From positions 870,001 through 902,000 of the forward strand of contig OW818653.1 in assembly GCA_942492995.1 (NCBI GenBank): 32,000 nt of DNA, in the 5' to 3' direction. Shown here in pieces: positions 1 to 6,526 of this stretch (positions within the stretch are counted from its first letter, which is position 1; each line of letters begins with the position of its first letter). The stretch is from an uncultured Erysipelotrichaceae bacterium. GTDB taxonomy: Bacteria > Bacillota_I > Bacilli_A > Erysipelotrichales > Erysipelotrichaceae. The notes beneath the pieces were generated by a model. It ran no database searches. It worked only from the letters and a program-made list of their open reading frames with translations, and had not been told where the DNA came from. The translations under genes were made by a program, and so were the position numbers.

Positions 1-64
1 TAAATTGAATTTACTGATTCAATTCATGCTATTATCGTAATTATTTTAGACTTAACTACTAAAT

Positions 65-86
65 AAAAAGAGGTTACCCTCTTTAT
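65..86 (-). terminator. Putative intrinsic terminator of the repressor gene
   Basis: Minus strand reads TAA-AT-AAAGAGG-GTAA-CCTCTTT-TTATTTT. The 7-bp stem (67-73/78-84) overlaps the stop codon and is followed by a T-rich run. Confidence 0.45.
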
Positions 87-679
87 TTAAATCGTATCTT
101 ACTATGTATTACTTCTCCAATAACTTGGATATTTTTTTCATCAATCTCTTTTTCACTAAATACCATATCTTCATACTTAGGATTCTCAGGATGTAAGACT
201 AATCCATTATCTTTATAATAGACTCTCTTAAGAGTTGCCTCATCCCCTACCAACACAACCGCAATCGTACCTGATGTCACAACTGGTTGTCTTTTCACAT
301 ACACTAAATCACCTGGAAAGATACGTGCATTAATCATCGAATCCCCAATAACTTCAAGATAGAAATACTCTCCCCCTAGACTCTCTTCTACAGGAACTAA
401 CTCTTGACCTAACCATTCATCTTGAGCTAAACGTAATGAACCACCTCGAACTGTCCCAAGGATTGGAATCGCAATCTTTTCACTTTCACTTAATAGATCT
501 TCTAAGCTTACACCAAAAAACTCTGCTAAAAGCTTCATTGTTTTAGCAGGTGGAGTGGATGAACCATCTTCCCATTTCTGTATGGTTGTAAAGGATTTAT
601 AGCCGAAGTGATCCGCTAAGTCTTGTTGGGATAAACCTCGATCTTTACGATATGTTTTAATTTTTGTCTGGAAGTCCAT
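83..679 (-). CDS. LexA-like SOS repressor with an XRE-type HTH and a C-terminal S24 peptidase domain (HdiR/phage-CI-like, not a winged-helix LexA)
   Basis: The N-terminus LSQQDLADHFGYKSFTTIQKWEDG is an XRE/Cro-type HTH. The C-terminus has GDSM (Ser114) and LKR (Lys151), the Ser/Lys dyad of S24 self-cleaving repressors. PILGTVRGGS aligns with the LexA cleavage loop. The gene is divergent from a Y-family polymerase operon. Confidence 0.85.
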   Translation of the reverse strand: MDFQTKIKTYRKDRGLSQQDLADHFGYKSFTTIQKWEDGSSTPPAKTMKLLAEFFGVSLEDLLSESEKIAIPILGTVRGGSLRLAQDEWLGQELVPVEESLGGEYFYLEVIGDSMINARIFPGDLVYVKRQPVVTSGTIAVVLVGDEATLKRVYYKDNGLVLHPENPKYEDMVFSEKEIDEKNIQVIGEVIHSKIRFK

Positions 680-703
680 ATTCTTACTCTTAGTATAAAA
701 GAT

Positions 704-722
704 ACTTGAATTATTTTCAAGT
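704..722. promoter_or_regulatory. Operator 1: perfect 19-bp palindrome ACTTGAA-TTATT-TTCAAGT
   Basis: Read directly from the sequence: 7-bp arms and a 5-bp spacer, in the repressor/polymerase intergenic region. Confidence 0.65.
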
Positions 723-739
723 AAAACTTGTAACTTGAA
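710..739 (-). promoter_or_regulatory. Putative promoter of the repressor gene
   Basis: On the minus strand: -35 TTCAAG (739-734, arm of operator 2), 18-bp spacer, -10 AATAAT (715-710, spacer of operator 1). This is the mirror image of the plus-strand promoter. Confidence 0.4.
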
Positions 740-745
740 TATAAT
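716..745 (+). promoter_or_regulatory. Putative promoter of the polymerase operon
   Basis: -35 TTCAAG (716-721, right arm of operator 1), 18-bp spacer, -10 TATAAT (740-745, spacer of operator 2). Confidence 0.45.
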
Positions 746-751
746 TCAAGT
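733..751. promoter_or_regulatory. Operator 2: perfect 19-bp palindrome ACTTGAA-TATAA-TTCAAGT
   Basis: Arms are identical to operator 1 and the centres are 29 bp apart. Both copies are followed by AAAA. The spacer contains TATAAT (740-745). Confidence 0.65.
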
Positions 752-775
752 AAAATGAGACTAAGGAGGAAAACC

Positions 776-2026
776 ATGGAACGAATCATATTTCATTGCG
801 ATTTAAATAACTTTTATGCGTCTGTAGAATGCTTACATCATCCTGAATATCGTAATGTCCCATTAGCGGTTGGCGGTGATATTGAGAAACGTCATGGGAT
901 TATCCTAGCGAAGAATCAATTAGCGAAGAAGACTGGGGTTAAGACAGGTGAAGCATTATGGCAAGCGATGCAGAAGTGTCCAAACCTAGTGATTGTTAAA
1001 CCGAATTTTTCACTGTATTTACGTTTCTCTAAGCTGGTGAAGAAAATATATGAAGATTATACGGATCAGATTGAATCGTTTGGGATTGATGAAGTTTGGT
1101 TGGATTTGACGCATAGTATTCACCTATTCAATCAAACACCGCATGAATTAGCGGATAGTATTCGGGAGAGAATTCAAAGAGAGGCTGGGATTACAGCTTC
1201 GATTGGGGTTAGTTTTAATAAAGTATTTGCGAAGTTAGGGTCTGATTATAAAAAACCGAATGCGACAACTGAGATAACACGTGAGAATATGCAAGATATT
1301 GTATATCCTTTACCAGTTGAAGATTTATTGTATGTTGGAAGAGCTACTACCGAGAAGTTACACACCCTTGGGATTTATACCATTGGGGATTGTGCGCAGT
1401 TTGATGTACAGGTTTTAAAGCGTCGTTTGGGTAAATGGGGCGATTATTTACATCGTTTTGCGAGTGGGCAAGATACAAGTCCTGTTTTAGTTCATCATTA
1501 TGAACCTCAGGTTAAATCGATTGGGAATAGTACGACAGCTCCAAAGGATTTAAAGAATATGGATGATGTACGGATTATTGCGTATATCTTGGCTGAGAGT
1601 GTTGCGGCAAGGTTGAAGGAAGCGCATTTAATGGCATTTACCGTTTCGATTGGTGTGAGGGATGTGAATCTACAGGGATTTACTCGTCAATACAAGATGG
1701 AACAGGCAACGAATTTGAGTGATACGATTGCGAAGATTGCGTTAGACTTGTTTTGTAAGAATGTAGACTTTAGTACTTCATTAAGAAGTATTGGGATTAA
1801 GGCGACGGATTTGATTATAGAACAGAAAGCTGAACAGCTTAATTTGTTTGAGGATCCGCGTAAGAAGGAAAAGAGTTTATCGTTGGAGACGACGATTGAG
1901 CAGATACGTGAGCGTTATGGTTTTAATTCTGTGCAGAGATTGTTAATGTTGGAAGATACGGTGTTGAGTGGCTTTAATCCTAAGCAGGAACATGTTATTT
2001 TCCCTGAATCTTATTTTAAGGGGTGA
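776..2026 (+). CDS. Y-family (UmuC/DinB/ImpB-type) translesion DNA polymerase, 416 aa
   Basis: Contains CDLNNFYASVE and GIDEVWLD catalytic Asp/Glu motifs and ASIGVSFNKVFAKLGSDYKKP. Start moved from 755 to ATG 776 because AGGAGG (765-770) lies 5 nt upstream and the product then begins MERIIFHCDLN like family members. Confidence 0.9.
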   Translation: MERIIFHCDLNNFYASVECLHHPEYRNVPLAVGGDIEKRHGIILAKNQLAKKTGVKTGEALWQAMQKCPNLVIVKPNFSLYLRFSKLVKKIYEDYTDQIESFGIDEVWLDLTHSIHLFNQTPHELADSIRERIQREAGITASIGVSFNKVFAKLGSDYKKPNATTEITRENMQDIVYPLPVEDLLYVGRATTEKLHTLGIYTIGDCAQFDVQVLKRRLGKWGDYLHRFASGQDTSPVLVHHYEPQVKSIGNSTTAPKDLKNMDDVRIIAYILAESVAARLKEAHLMAFTVSIGVRDVNLQGFTRQYKMEQATNLSDTIAKIALDLFCKNVDFSTSLRSIGIKATDLIIEQKAEQLNLFEDPRKKEKSLSLETTIEQIRERYGFNSVQRLLMLEDTVLSGFNPKQEHVIFPESYFKG

Positions 2027-2032
2027 TAGTGG

Positions 2033-2269
2033 ATGAAAACGTATGTTGATGTGATTGTGCTGAATAGTAAAGATGGTAAACTCAAACCTTTAGCTATTTT
2101 ATGGCATAATGGAATTAAGTATAGTATTGATAAGATTAGTCAGATAACGCGTGCTGCTTCTACGATTTCTGGTGGAACGGGTATTCGTTATACCTGCTTT
2201 ATTCATGGTCAAAGTCGATATCTCTATTTAGAGGATGATCGATGGTTTATCGAGAAAAAGGAGTTCTAA
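2033..2269 (+). CDS. 78-aa uncharacterised protein co-transcribed with the Y-family polymerase
   Basis: GGGGTG Shine-Dalgarno sits 7 nt upstream, and the ATG is 6 nt after the polymerase TGA stop. No TM segment or motif I recognise (GGTGIRYTC, DDRWFIEK). It occupies the slot usually held by a UmuD/YolD-type accessory factor. Confidence 0.7.
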   Translation: MKTYVDVIVLNSKDGKLKPLAILWHNGIKYSIDKISQITRAASTISGGTGIRYTCFIHGQSRYLYLEDDRWFIEKKEF

Positions 2270-2270
2270 T

Positions 2271-2840
2271 ATGTGTGGAAGATATCTATTCAAACAAGAA
2301 AAAGATGATGAAGTTGAAGCTTGGTTAAATGAATTAGACATTCAAGATACCAGTGATTTATCACTGAATGTAGTTTATCCATCGCAGAAGACAATTGTGT
2401 TGAAGAAAGATTTGAAACCGATGGTTGCACGTTGGGGTCATACGAAATGGGATACGAAGGGTGTTGTGATTAATGCACGGAGTGAAACTGTTCAGACTTC
2501 TCCTTTCTTTAAGGAACACATCAAAGAAAGACGTTGTGTGATTAAAGCCGATGGTTTTTATGAATGGGATAAAGAGAAACGTAAATTCTTTGTGAGTGAG
2601 GCTACGGATAAACCATTGTATATGGCAGGTATTTATGATGAAGAGAATAACTTCAGTATTATCACTGATGAAGTTCATACATCGTTTTCTACCCTTCATT
2701 CACGTGTTCCGTTGTTTATCCCTGAGAAGTATGTGAATCAATACTTAGAGAATGGGAATGCGATGTTAAGTGATTTTAGGAATTTAAAACAGATTGAATT
2801 AGCTTGGGTTGATCAGTCGATTCAAACGAGTTTGTTCTAA
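2271..2840 (+). CDS. SRAP (SOS-response-associated peptidase, YedK/HMCES family) abasic-site DNA-protein crosslinking protein, 189 aa
   Basis: Begins MCGRY (catalytic Cys2) and has INARSET, DGFYEW and HSRVP motifs. Start moved from 2235 to ATG 2271: AAAAAGGAG lies upstream and the ATG is 1 nt after the preceding TAA. Confidence 0.88.
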   Translation: MCGRYLFKQEKDDEVEAWLNELDIQDTSDLSLNVVYPSQKTIVLKKDLKPMVARWGHTKWDTKGVVINARSETVQTSPFFKEHIKERRCVIKADGFYEWDKEKRKFFVSEATDKPLYMAGIYDEENNFSIITDEVHTSFSTLHSRVPLFIPEKYVNQYLENGNAMLSDFRNLKQIELAWVDQSIQTSLF

Positions 2841-2842
2841 TA

Positions 2843-2887
2843 AAAAACAGTGTTACGAGTCAATCTCATGTAACACTGTTTTTTTAT
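2843..2887. terminator. Bidirectional intrinsic terminator
   Basis: AAAAACAGTGTTAC (2843-2856) pairs with GTAACACTGTTTTT (2870-2883). It is A-rich before and T-rich after, and sits between the convergent SRAP and membrane-protein genes. Confidence 0.8.
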
Positions 2888-2931
2888 TGTTGTTTAAAGT
2901 AGATATATTCGATAGCGAGTAATAACGTATA

Positions 2932-3243
2932 TTAGACTGTGCTACTGCTCATATCAGATTGAGTTGTTTTGTTTCTATTAAATTTAAGAAAAATAAACAA
3001 TAAAACTAATGTAGGAATATAAAATATTATTATGAATAATAACAGTCTTAATGGTGAATCAACAAGACTTGAGGCAACACTTATGTATAGTAGAATCGTT
3101 GCGAATATTCCTGTAATAATTGGAAGTAATAATCCAATCCATTTTTGATTCATTTTTGATAGATAGATTTGTAATACAATAACAACTCCGATTGGAATAA
3201 TTACAGATAAACTGGATAGAAACATTGAAAAATAGATTAACAC
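2932..3243 (-). CDS. Small integral membrane protein (about 3 TM helices), unknown function
   Basis: Hydrophobic 103-aa ORF with a GTG start preceded by AAGGGGGAAG with 6-nt spacing. Confidence 0.6.
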   Translation of the reverse strand: MLIYFSMFLSSLSVIIPIGVVIVLQIYLSKMNQKWIGLLLPIITGIFATILLYISVASSLVDSPLRLLLFIIIFYIPTLVLLFIFLKFNRNKTTQSDMSSSTV

Positions 3244-3295
3244 TATAAACTTCCCCCTTTGAGTATTGTCGAATTATTTAATACTCATTAAATAT

Positions 3296-3323
3296 ATTCT
3301 ATATCCAATATGAGGTTTGTCAA
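3296..3323 (-). promoter_or_regulatory. Putative sigma-A promoter for the membrane-protein gene
   Basis: On the minus strand: TTGACA (3323-3318), 16 bp, TAGAAT (3301-3296). Confidence 0.45.
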
Positions 3324-3341
3324 TTTATCCTGACATAATAT

Positions 3342-3378
3342 AAAAAAACAGCAGAATTTATATTAAATGCGCTGTTTT
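3342..3378 (-). terminator. Intrinsic terminator after the aldo-keto reductase gene
   Basis: AAAACAGC (3345-3352) pairs with GCTGTTTT (3371-3378), with an inner AT stem. On the minus strand the hairpin is followed by a T7 run. Confidence 0.7.
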
Positions 3379-3408
3379 AGTTAATTGATAAAATATATAA
3401 ATTGTAAG

Positions 3409-4218
3409 TTATAACGTTTTAATTAATGCTCTATCTTCATCACTTAGATTAAAGTCGAAGATATCAAAGTTTTCTTTCTGACGTTCTGTGTTATGCGATT
3501 TAGGGATTACAATCACATTACGTTCAATTTGGTAACGTAAGACAACTTGTGCCCAACTCTTACCATACTTCAAACCAATTTCCTTTAGAGTAACAAGAGA
3601 TTCTTCTGGAATTCGTTTTAAAGGACTCCAAGCCTCTACATTAATATTATTGATACGACAGAAATCTACTATATCATCATTCCACAAGCCCGGATGTGAT
3701 TCGATTTGGTTTACGGCAGGTTTGATTGTACAGTTTTGTAATAAGCGTTCTAATTGTTCGACATTGAAGTTAGAAACACCAATTGCCTTTAGTACACCCT
3801 TCTCAACGTTTCGTTCAAGTACTTTCCAAACACGATCAATTCCTTCATGATCTGCCCATGGTTGATGAATAAGGTATAGATCAATATAATCAGTATCTAA
3901 CTCTTTTAAGCTTGATTGAATAGCTTTCTCAACAAGATCATCTGTATTTGTATATTCTGGTTTTCCAGGTATTTTGGATGTAATAAATAATTCATTACGA
4001 TTGATTCCTGAGCGTTTAATCCCAAGTGCAACAACACTTTCATTGCGATATGCGATTGCGGTATCAATTAATGTATACCCAATTTTTAATGCGGATTCTA
4101 ATTCTGACGTATCATCATTAATAATCCCCATGTAATCTTTATTCTCTTTACCAAACGTATTCGTACCTGTCCCAATGACTGGTATTGTAATGCCTGTATT
4201 TAGCGTTAATTTGTTCAT
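3409..4218 (-). CDS. Aldo-keto reductase (YvgN/YtbE-like glyoxal or diketogluconate reductase family)
   Basis: Contains LIDTAIAYRNE, LFITSKI, DLYLIHQP, IGVSNF, NQIESHP, EAWSPL and IPKS, which are typical AKR motifs along the whole length. AAGGAGA lies 8 nt upstream of the ATG. Confidence 0.9.
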   Translation of the reverse strand: MNKLTLNTGITIPVIGTGTNTFGKENKDYMGIINDDTSELESALKIGYTLIDTAIAYRNESVVALGIKRSGINRNELFITSKIPGKPEYTNTDDLVEKAIQSSLKELDTDYIDLYLIHQPWADHEGIDRVWKVLERNVEKGVLKAIGVSNFNVEQLERLLQNCTIKPAVNQIESHPGLWNDDIVDFCRINNINVEAWSPLKRIPEESLVTLKEIGLKYGKSWAQVVLRYQIERNVIVIPKSHNTERQKENFDIFDFNLSDEDRALIKTL

Positions 4219-4277
4219 TGTATGTATCTCCTTAACTTGAGTTTATGTTTTTATTTACAGAATGTATACTAAATCGC

Positions 4278-4934
4278 TTAATTAAGGATAAACTCGTCTA
4301 GAGCATTGATGAAAATCAAGGCATCTGATTCATTAAAATAACCAGATTTCATTACTCCTTGCGCAATAATTTCCTTAAACTGATGTTTTGTTATATTTAA
4401 ACGTAAATCGTTCTGCATATAGTGATAATACTCTAACATAAAATAATGAAGTGCCAATTTATCATTCTTTATTTCATTAAATTGATTAAAAAGCATTACT
4501 AACTTATCCATATATTTCTCATTCTTTGCGTATTTTGAGTAATTATCATTAATGTGTTTATCACCAAGTATATGTCGTATTGGTATATTAAATGGATTAA
4601 CAAGTTCATTTGTTGATTGAGGATGTCTATTTAATAATTCTATTCCATCGATATACGTAATCATTTCATTTAATTTATTACGTTTTTCTATTAAATTATC
4701 TCTTTTTTTATGTAGGACACTAAAATCATTTGTAATCAATATTTGGATAATCTCATCGAGTGATAATCCTGATTCTTTATATATAAGTATTATATTTAAA
4801 CGATTCTCATCTTCAACAGAATATAATCTAACACCATTTTTTCTTGTAGGAACAAGTAGCCCTATCGAATCATAATAGTGTAACGTACGAATACTAATCG
4901 AATATTGTTTTGAAATAATAGATATTTTTTTCAT
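4278..4934 (-). CDS. MerR-family transcriptional regulator with a long helical C-terminal effector domain
   Basis: N-terminal ISIRTLHYYDSIGLLVPTRKNGVRLYSVEDENRLNIILIYKESGLSLDEI is a MerR HTH and wing, followed by a coiled-coil and about 120 further residues. The protein contains no cysteine. Confidence 0.85.
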   Translation of the reverse strand: MKKISIISKQYSISIRTLHYYDSIGLLVPTRKNGVRLYSVEDENRLNIILIYKESGLSLDEIIQILITNDFSVLHKKRDNLIEKRNKLNEMITYIDGIELLNRHPQSTNELVNPFNIPIRHILGDKHINDNYSKYAKNEKYMDKLVMLFNQFNEIKNDKLALHYFMLEYYHYMQNDLRLNITKHQFKEIIAQGVMKSGYFNESDALIFINALDEFILN

Positions 4935-4941
4935 TTTTATA

Positions 4942-4972
4942 TTGAACCTAACGTTACGTCATAGTATACACT
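4942..4972 (+). promoter_or_regulatory. MerR-type promoter with a 19-bp spacer and an internal dyad
   Basis: TTGAAC (4942-4947), 19 bp, TACACT (4967-4972). The spacer carries the dyad ACCTAACGTTACGT (4946-4959) with core palindrome TAACGTTA. On the opposite strand, TTGTAC-17-TATACT (4991-4986 / 4968-4963) could drive merR. Confidence 0.5.
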
Positions 4973-5458
4973 ATGAAAGTCATAGGTACAAACGAGATGA
5001 AATTAGTGACTGAAATTATCAACAATTCGATTTTAAAACGCACTATTTATAGTGATTTTGATTGTAACCTTGAAGCTGTAGCTGCGACTGTTTTAATTGC
5101 TTATGAATATAAATGGATGAAGAAAATACAAGTCAATATACATTCCAATCTTTTGTCGATTCATCTCGAATATGCGAATAGATCAATTAGCTATTATATT
5201 AGAGAAACCTTAAATGAGAGGAATAACTATCTTATGACTGTATCTCTTATTCCTGAGTATGGGAATGCACATACTTCTACTGTCTCAAGTGATTCTGTTT
5301 TAGATTGTTTTAATGAATACTTATTTTTAAGTGATCAACGTAAATCAAAAATAAGTCGTTTAGATAATACATTATATCGCTTTGAAAAACTTCCATCTTC
5401 TCGACTTATTGAAATGAATGGCATTATTGAAACAGTAATAATCAATTTAATTACATAA
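4973..5458 (+). CDS. Hypothetical cytoplasmic protein, 161 aa (or 153 aa from ATG 4997)
   Basis: Open frame with no TM segment or recognisable motif. The first ATG directly abuts the putative -10, so transcription may start inside it and the second ATG (4997) may be the real start. Confidence 0.5.
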   Translation: MKVIGTNEMKLVTEIINNSILKRTIYSDFDCNLEAVAATVLIAYEYKWMKKIQVNIHSNLLSIHLEYANRSISYYIRETLNERNNYLMTVSLIPEYGNAHTSTVSSDSVLDCFNEYLFLSDQRKSKISRLDNTLYRFEKLPSSRLIEMNGIIETVIINLIT

Positions 5459-5491
5459 AAACTAGCATTATTTAATATTATTCTAGTTTTT
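5457..5491 (+). terminator. Weak AT-rich hairpin/terminator
   Basis: AAAAACTAG (5457-5465) pairs with CTAGTTTTT (5483-5491) around a 17-nt loop. Only 2 of the pairs are GC. Confidence 0.3.
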
Positions 5492-5499
5492 CATCGTGT

Positions 5500-5528
5500 T
5501 TGTATCAAGGCATAAGTGTGCATATAAC
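5500..5528 (+). promoter_or_regulatory. Putative promoter for the anchor/GH73 gene pair
   Basis: TTGTAT (5500-5505), 17 bp, TATAAC (5523-5528). Confidence 0.35.
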
Positions 5529-5550
5529 ATGCAATTATGATAAAATACCA

Positions 5551-6525
5551 ATGATGAAAAAAACACAAAAAACACTCATAAACATTTTACAAGGACTACT
5601 TATTCTTACGACACTTGTCACAATGATAGCGTTAGGAATCTTCTTGTGGAATCTTATTTCCAATACTCCAAATGAAGAAGAACCACCGATCGTAACGAAT
5701 CCAGATTATGTGTTTGTCTTAAATGATTACACATACTATAAATCTGATGATCTTGATTTCAACTTTATTATTGCGGATATAACAATCACTAGTAATGTGG
5801 CCATTAAGTTACCTTTAAGTACTTTGACTACAAGTGAAAACATCTCTTTAGCTTCAACTGATGATTATTTATCAATATTGGCTACGAATAATTTGAAACC
5901 TGGACTAAAAGGATTAAGTTTCTCATTTAATTCTGATGCGAAAACTGTTTCAGCAAGTATCTTTATACCTGTTATGAGTAAAACATTAAGTGAAATACGT
6001 ATTACGAGTAATGTCCCTTCTTATACTGAATTGAAAATAGATTTATCGAATCAAAGTAAATTAGGTGATATTAGCACCTTAAAAATAACTGATGATACTA
6101 TTGTAAATAATCCGAATGAAGATTTAACCTTTACATTTGGCTTTGCGGATTACTTCGAACCAAGTAATTTCTATACTGTAGGACCAGATGGCAAAGCGAT
6201 GAGTGTTGATATTGGGACAAATAATAAAGTATTTGGGATAAGTTATACCGTAGTAAACTCAGATGATTTTAGTTATAAGATTAATCAAGCTGAATTGATT
6301 ATAAAAGGTGTAAATACCTTCCCACTAATGAATCCTGAATATTTACTTATGAGTACTACTAATCTTGCGAGTGTTGGATTAGTTGATTCACAAACTGGAG
6401 TCTTATTCTTCTTAGTTCCTGCGATTGATTCTGATATGTTTTCTTATCCAAAAGAAAATATTCAAGTTAAACTTACTTTTTCGAATAATGAAGAGATGTT
6501 AATAGAAAACGCGATTGGAAAATAA
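5551..6525 (+). CDS. N-terminally membrane-anchored extracytoplasmic protein with two beta-rich modules, unknown function (324 aa)
   Basis: MMKKTQK is followed by one TM helix (LINILQGLLILTTLVTMIALGIFLWNLI) and then a Ser/Thr/Asn-rich beta-type sequence. The upstream part of the 5500 ORF overlaps the putative promoter, so ATG 5551 is preferred. Confidence 0.6.
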   Translation: MMKKTQKTLINILQGLLILTTLVTMIALGIFLWNLISNTPNEEEPPIVTNPDYVFVLNDYTYYKSDDLDFNFIIADITITSNVAIKLPLSTLTTSENISLASTDDYLSILATNNLKPGLKGLSFSFNSDAKTVSASIFIPVMSKTLSEIRITSNVPSYTELKIDLSNQSKLGDISTLKITDDTIVNNPNEDLTFTFGFADYFEPSNFYTVGPDGKAMSVDIGTNNKVFGISYTVVNSDDFSYKINQAELIIKGVNTFPLMNPEYLLMSTTNLASVGLVDSQTGVLFFLVPAIDSDMFSYPKENIQVKLTFSNNEEMLIENAIGK

Positions 6526-6526
6526 A

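Noticed and set aside
3-24. Inverted repeat AATTGAAT-ttactg-ATTCAATT, which shares the TTGAA/TTCAA core with the SOS operators
   Set aside because: Half-site spacing is 8 nt against 5 nt in the operators, the flanking AC/GT bases are missing, and it lies at the window edge downstream of the repressor gene. It is more likely a neighbour's terminator or chance in AT-rich DNA.
755-775. N-terminal extensions of the longest ORFs: 755 (polymerase), 2235 (SRAP), 5500 (anchor protein), 14796 (uppS), 16094 (pyrH), 18025 (rpsB), 26473 (trmD)
   Set aside because: The downstream ATGs have proper Shine-Dalgarno spacing and give canonical family N-termini. Several extensions run through hairpins or promoters of the preceding gene.
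2361-2699. 112-aa ORF antisense to the SRAP gene
   Set aside because: It lies entirely inside a well-supported CDS on the opposite strand, with no RBS and a low-complexity, odd composition. This is typical of a shadow ORF in AT-rich DNA.
3321-3360. dif-like string on the minus strand (TTTATATTATGTCAGGA), resembling the central region and XerD arm of Bacillus dif (TATATATTATGTAAACT)
   Set aside because: Only the AT-rich centre and TTATGT match. The XerC arm has no similarity and the segment overlaps the AKR terminator. It is not a credible dif site.
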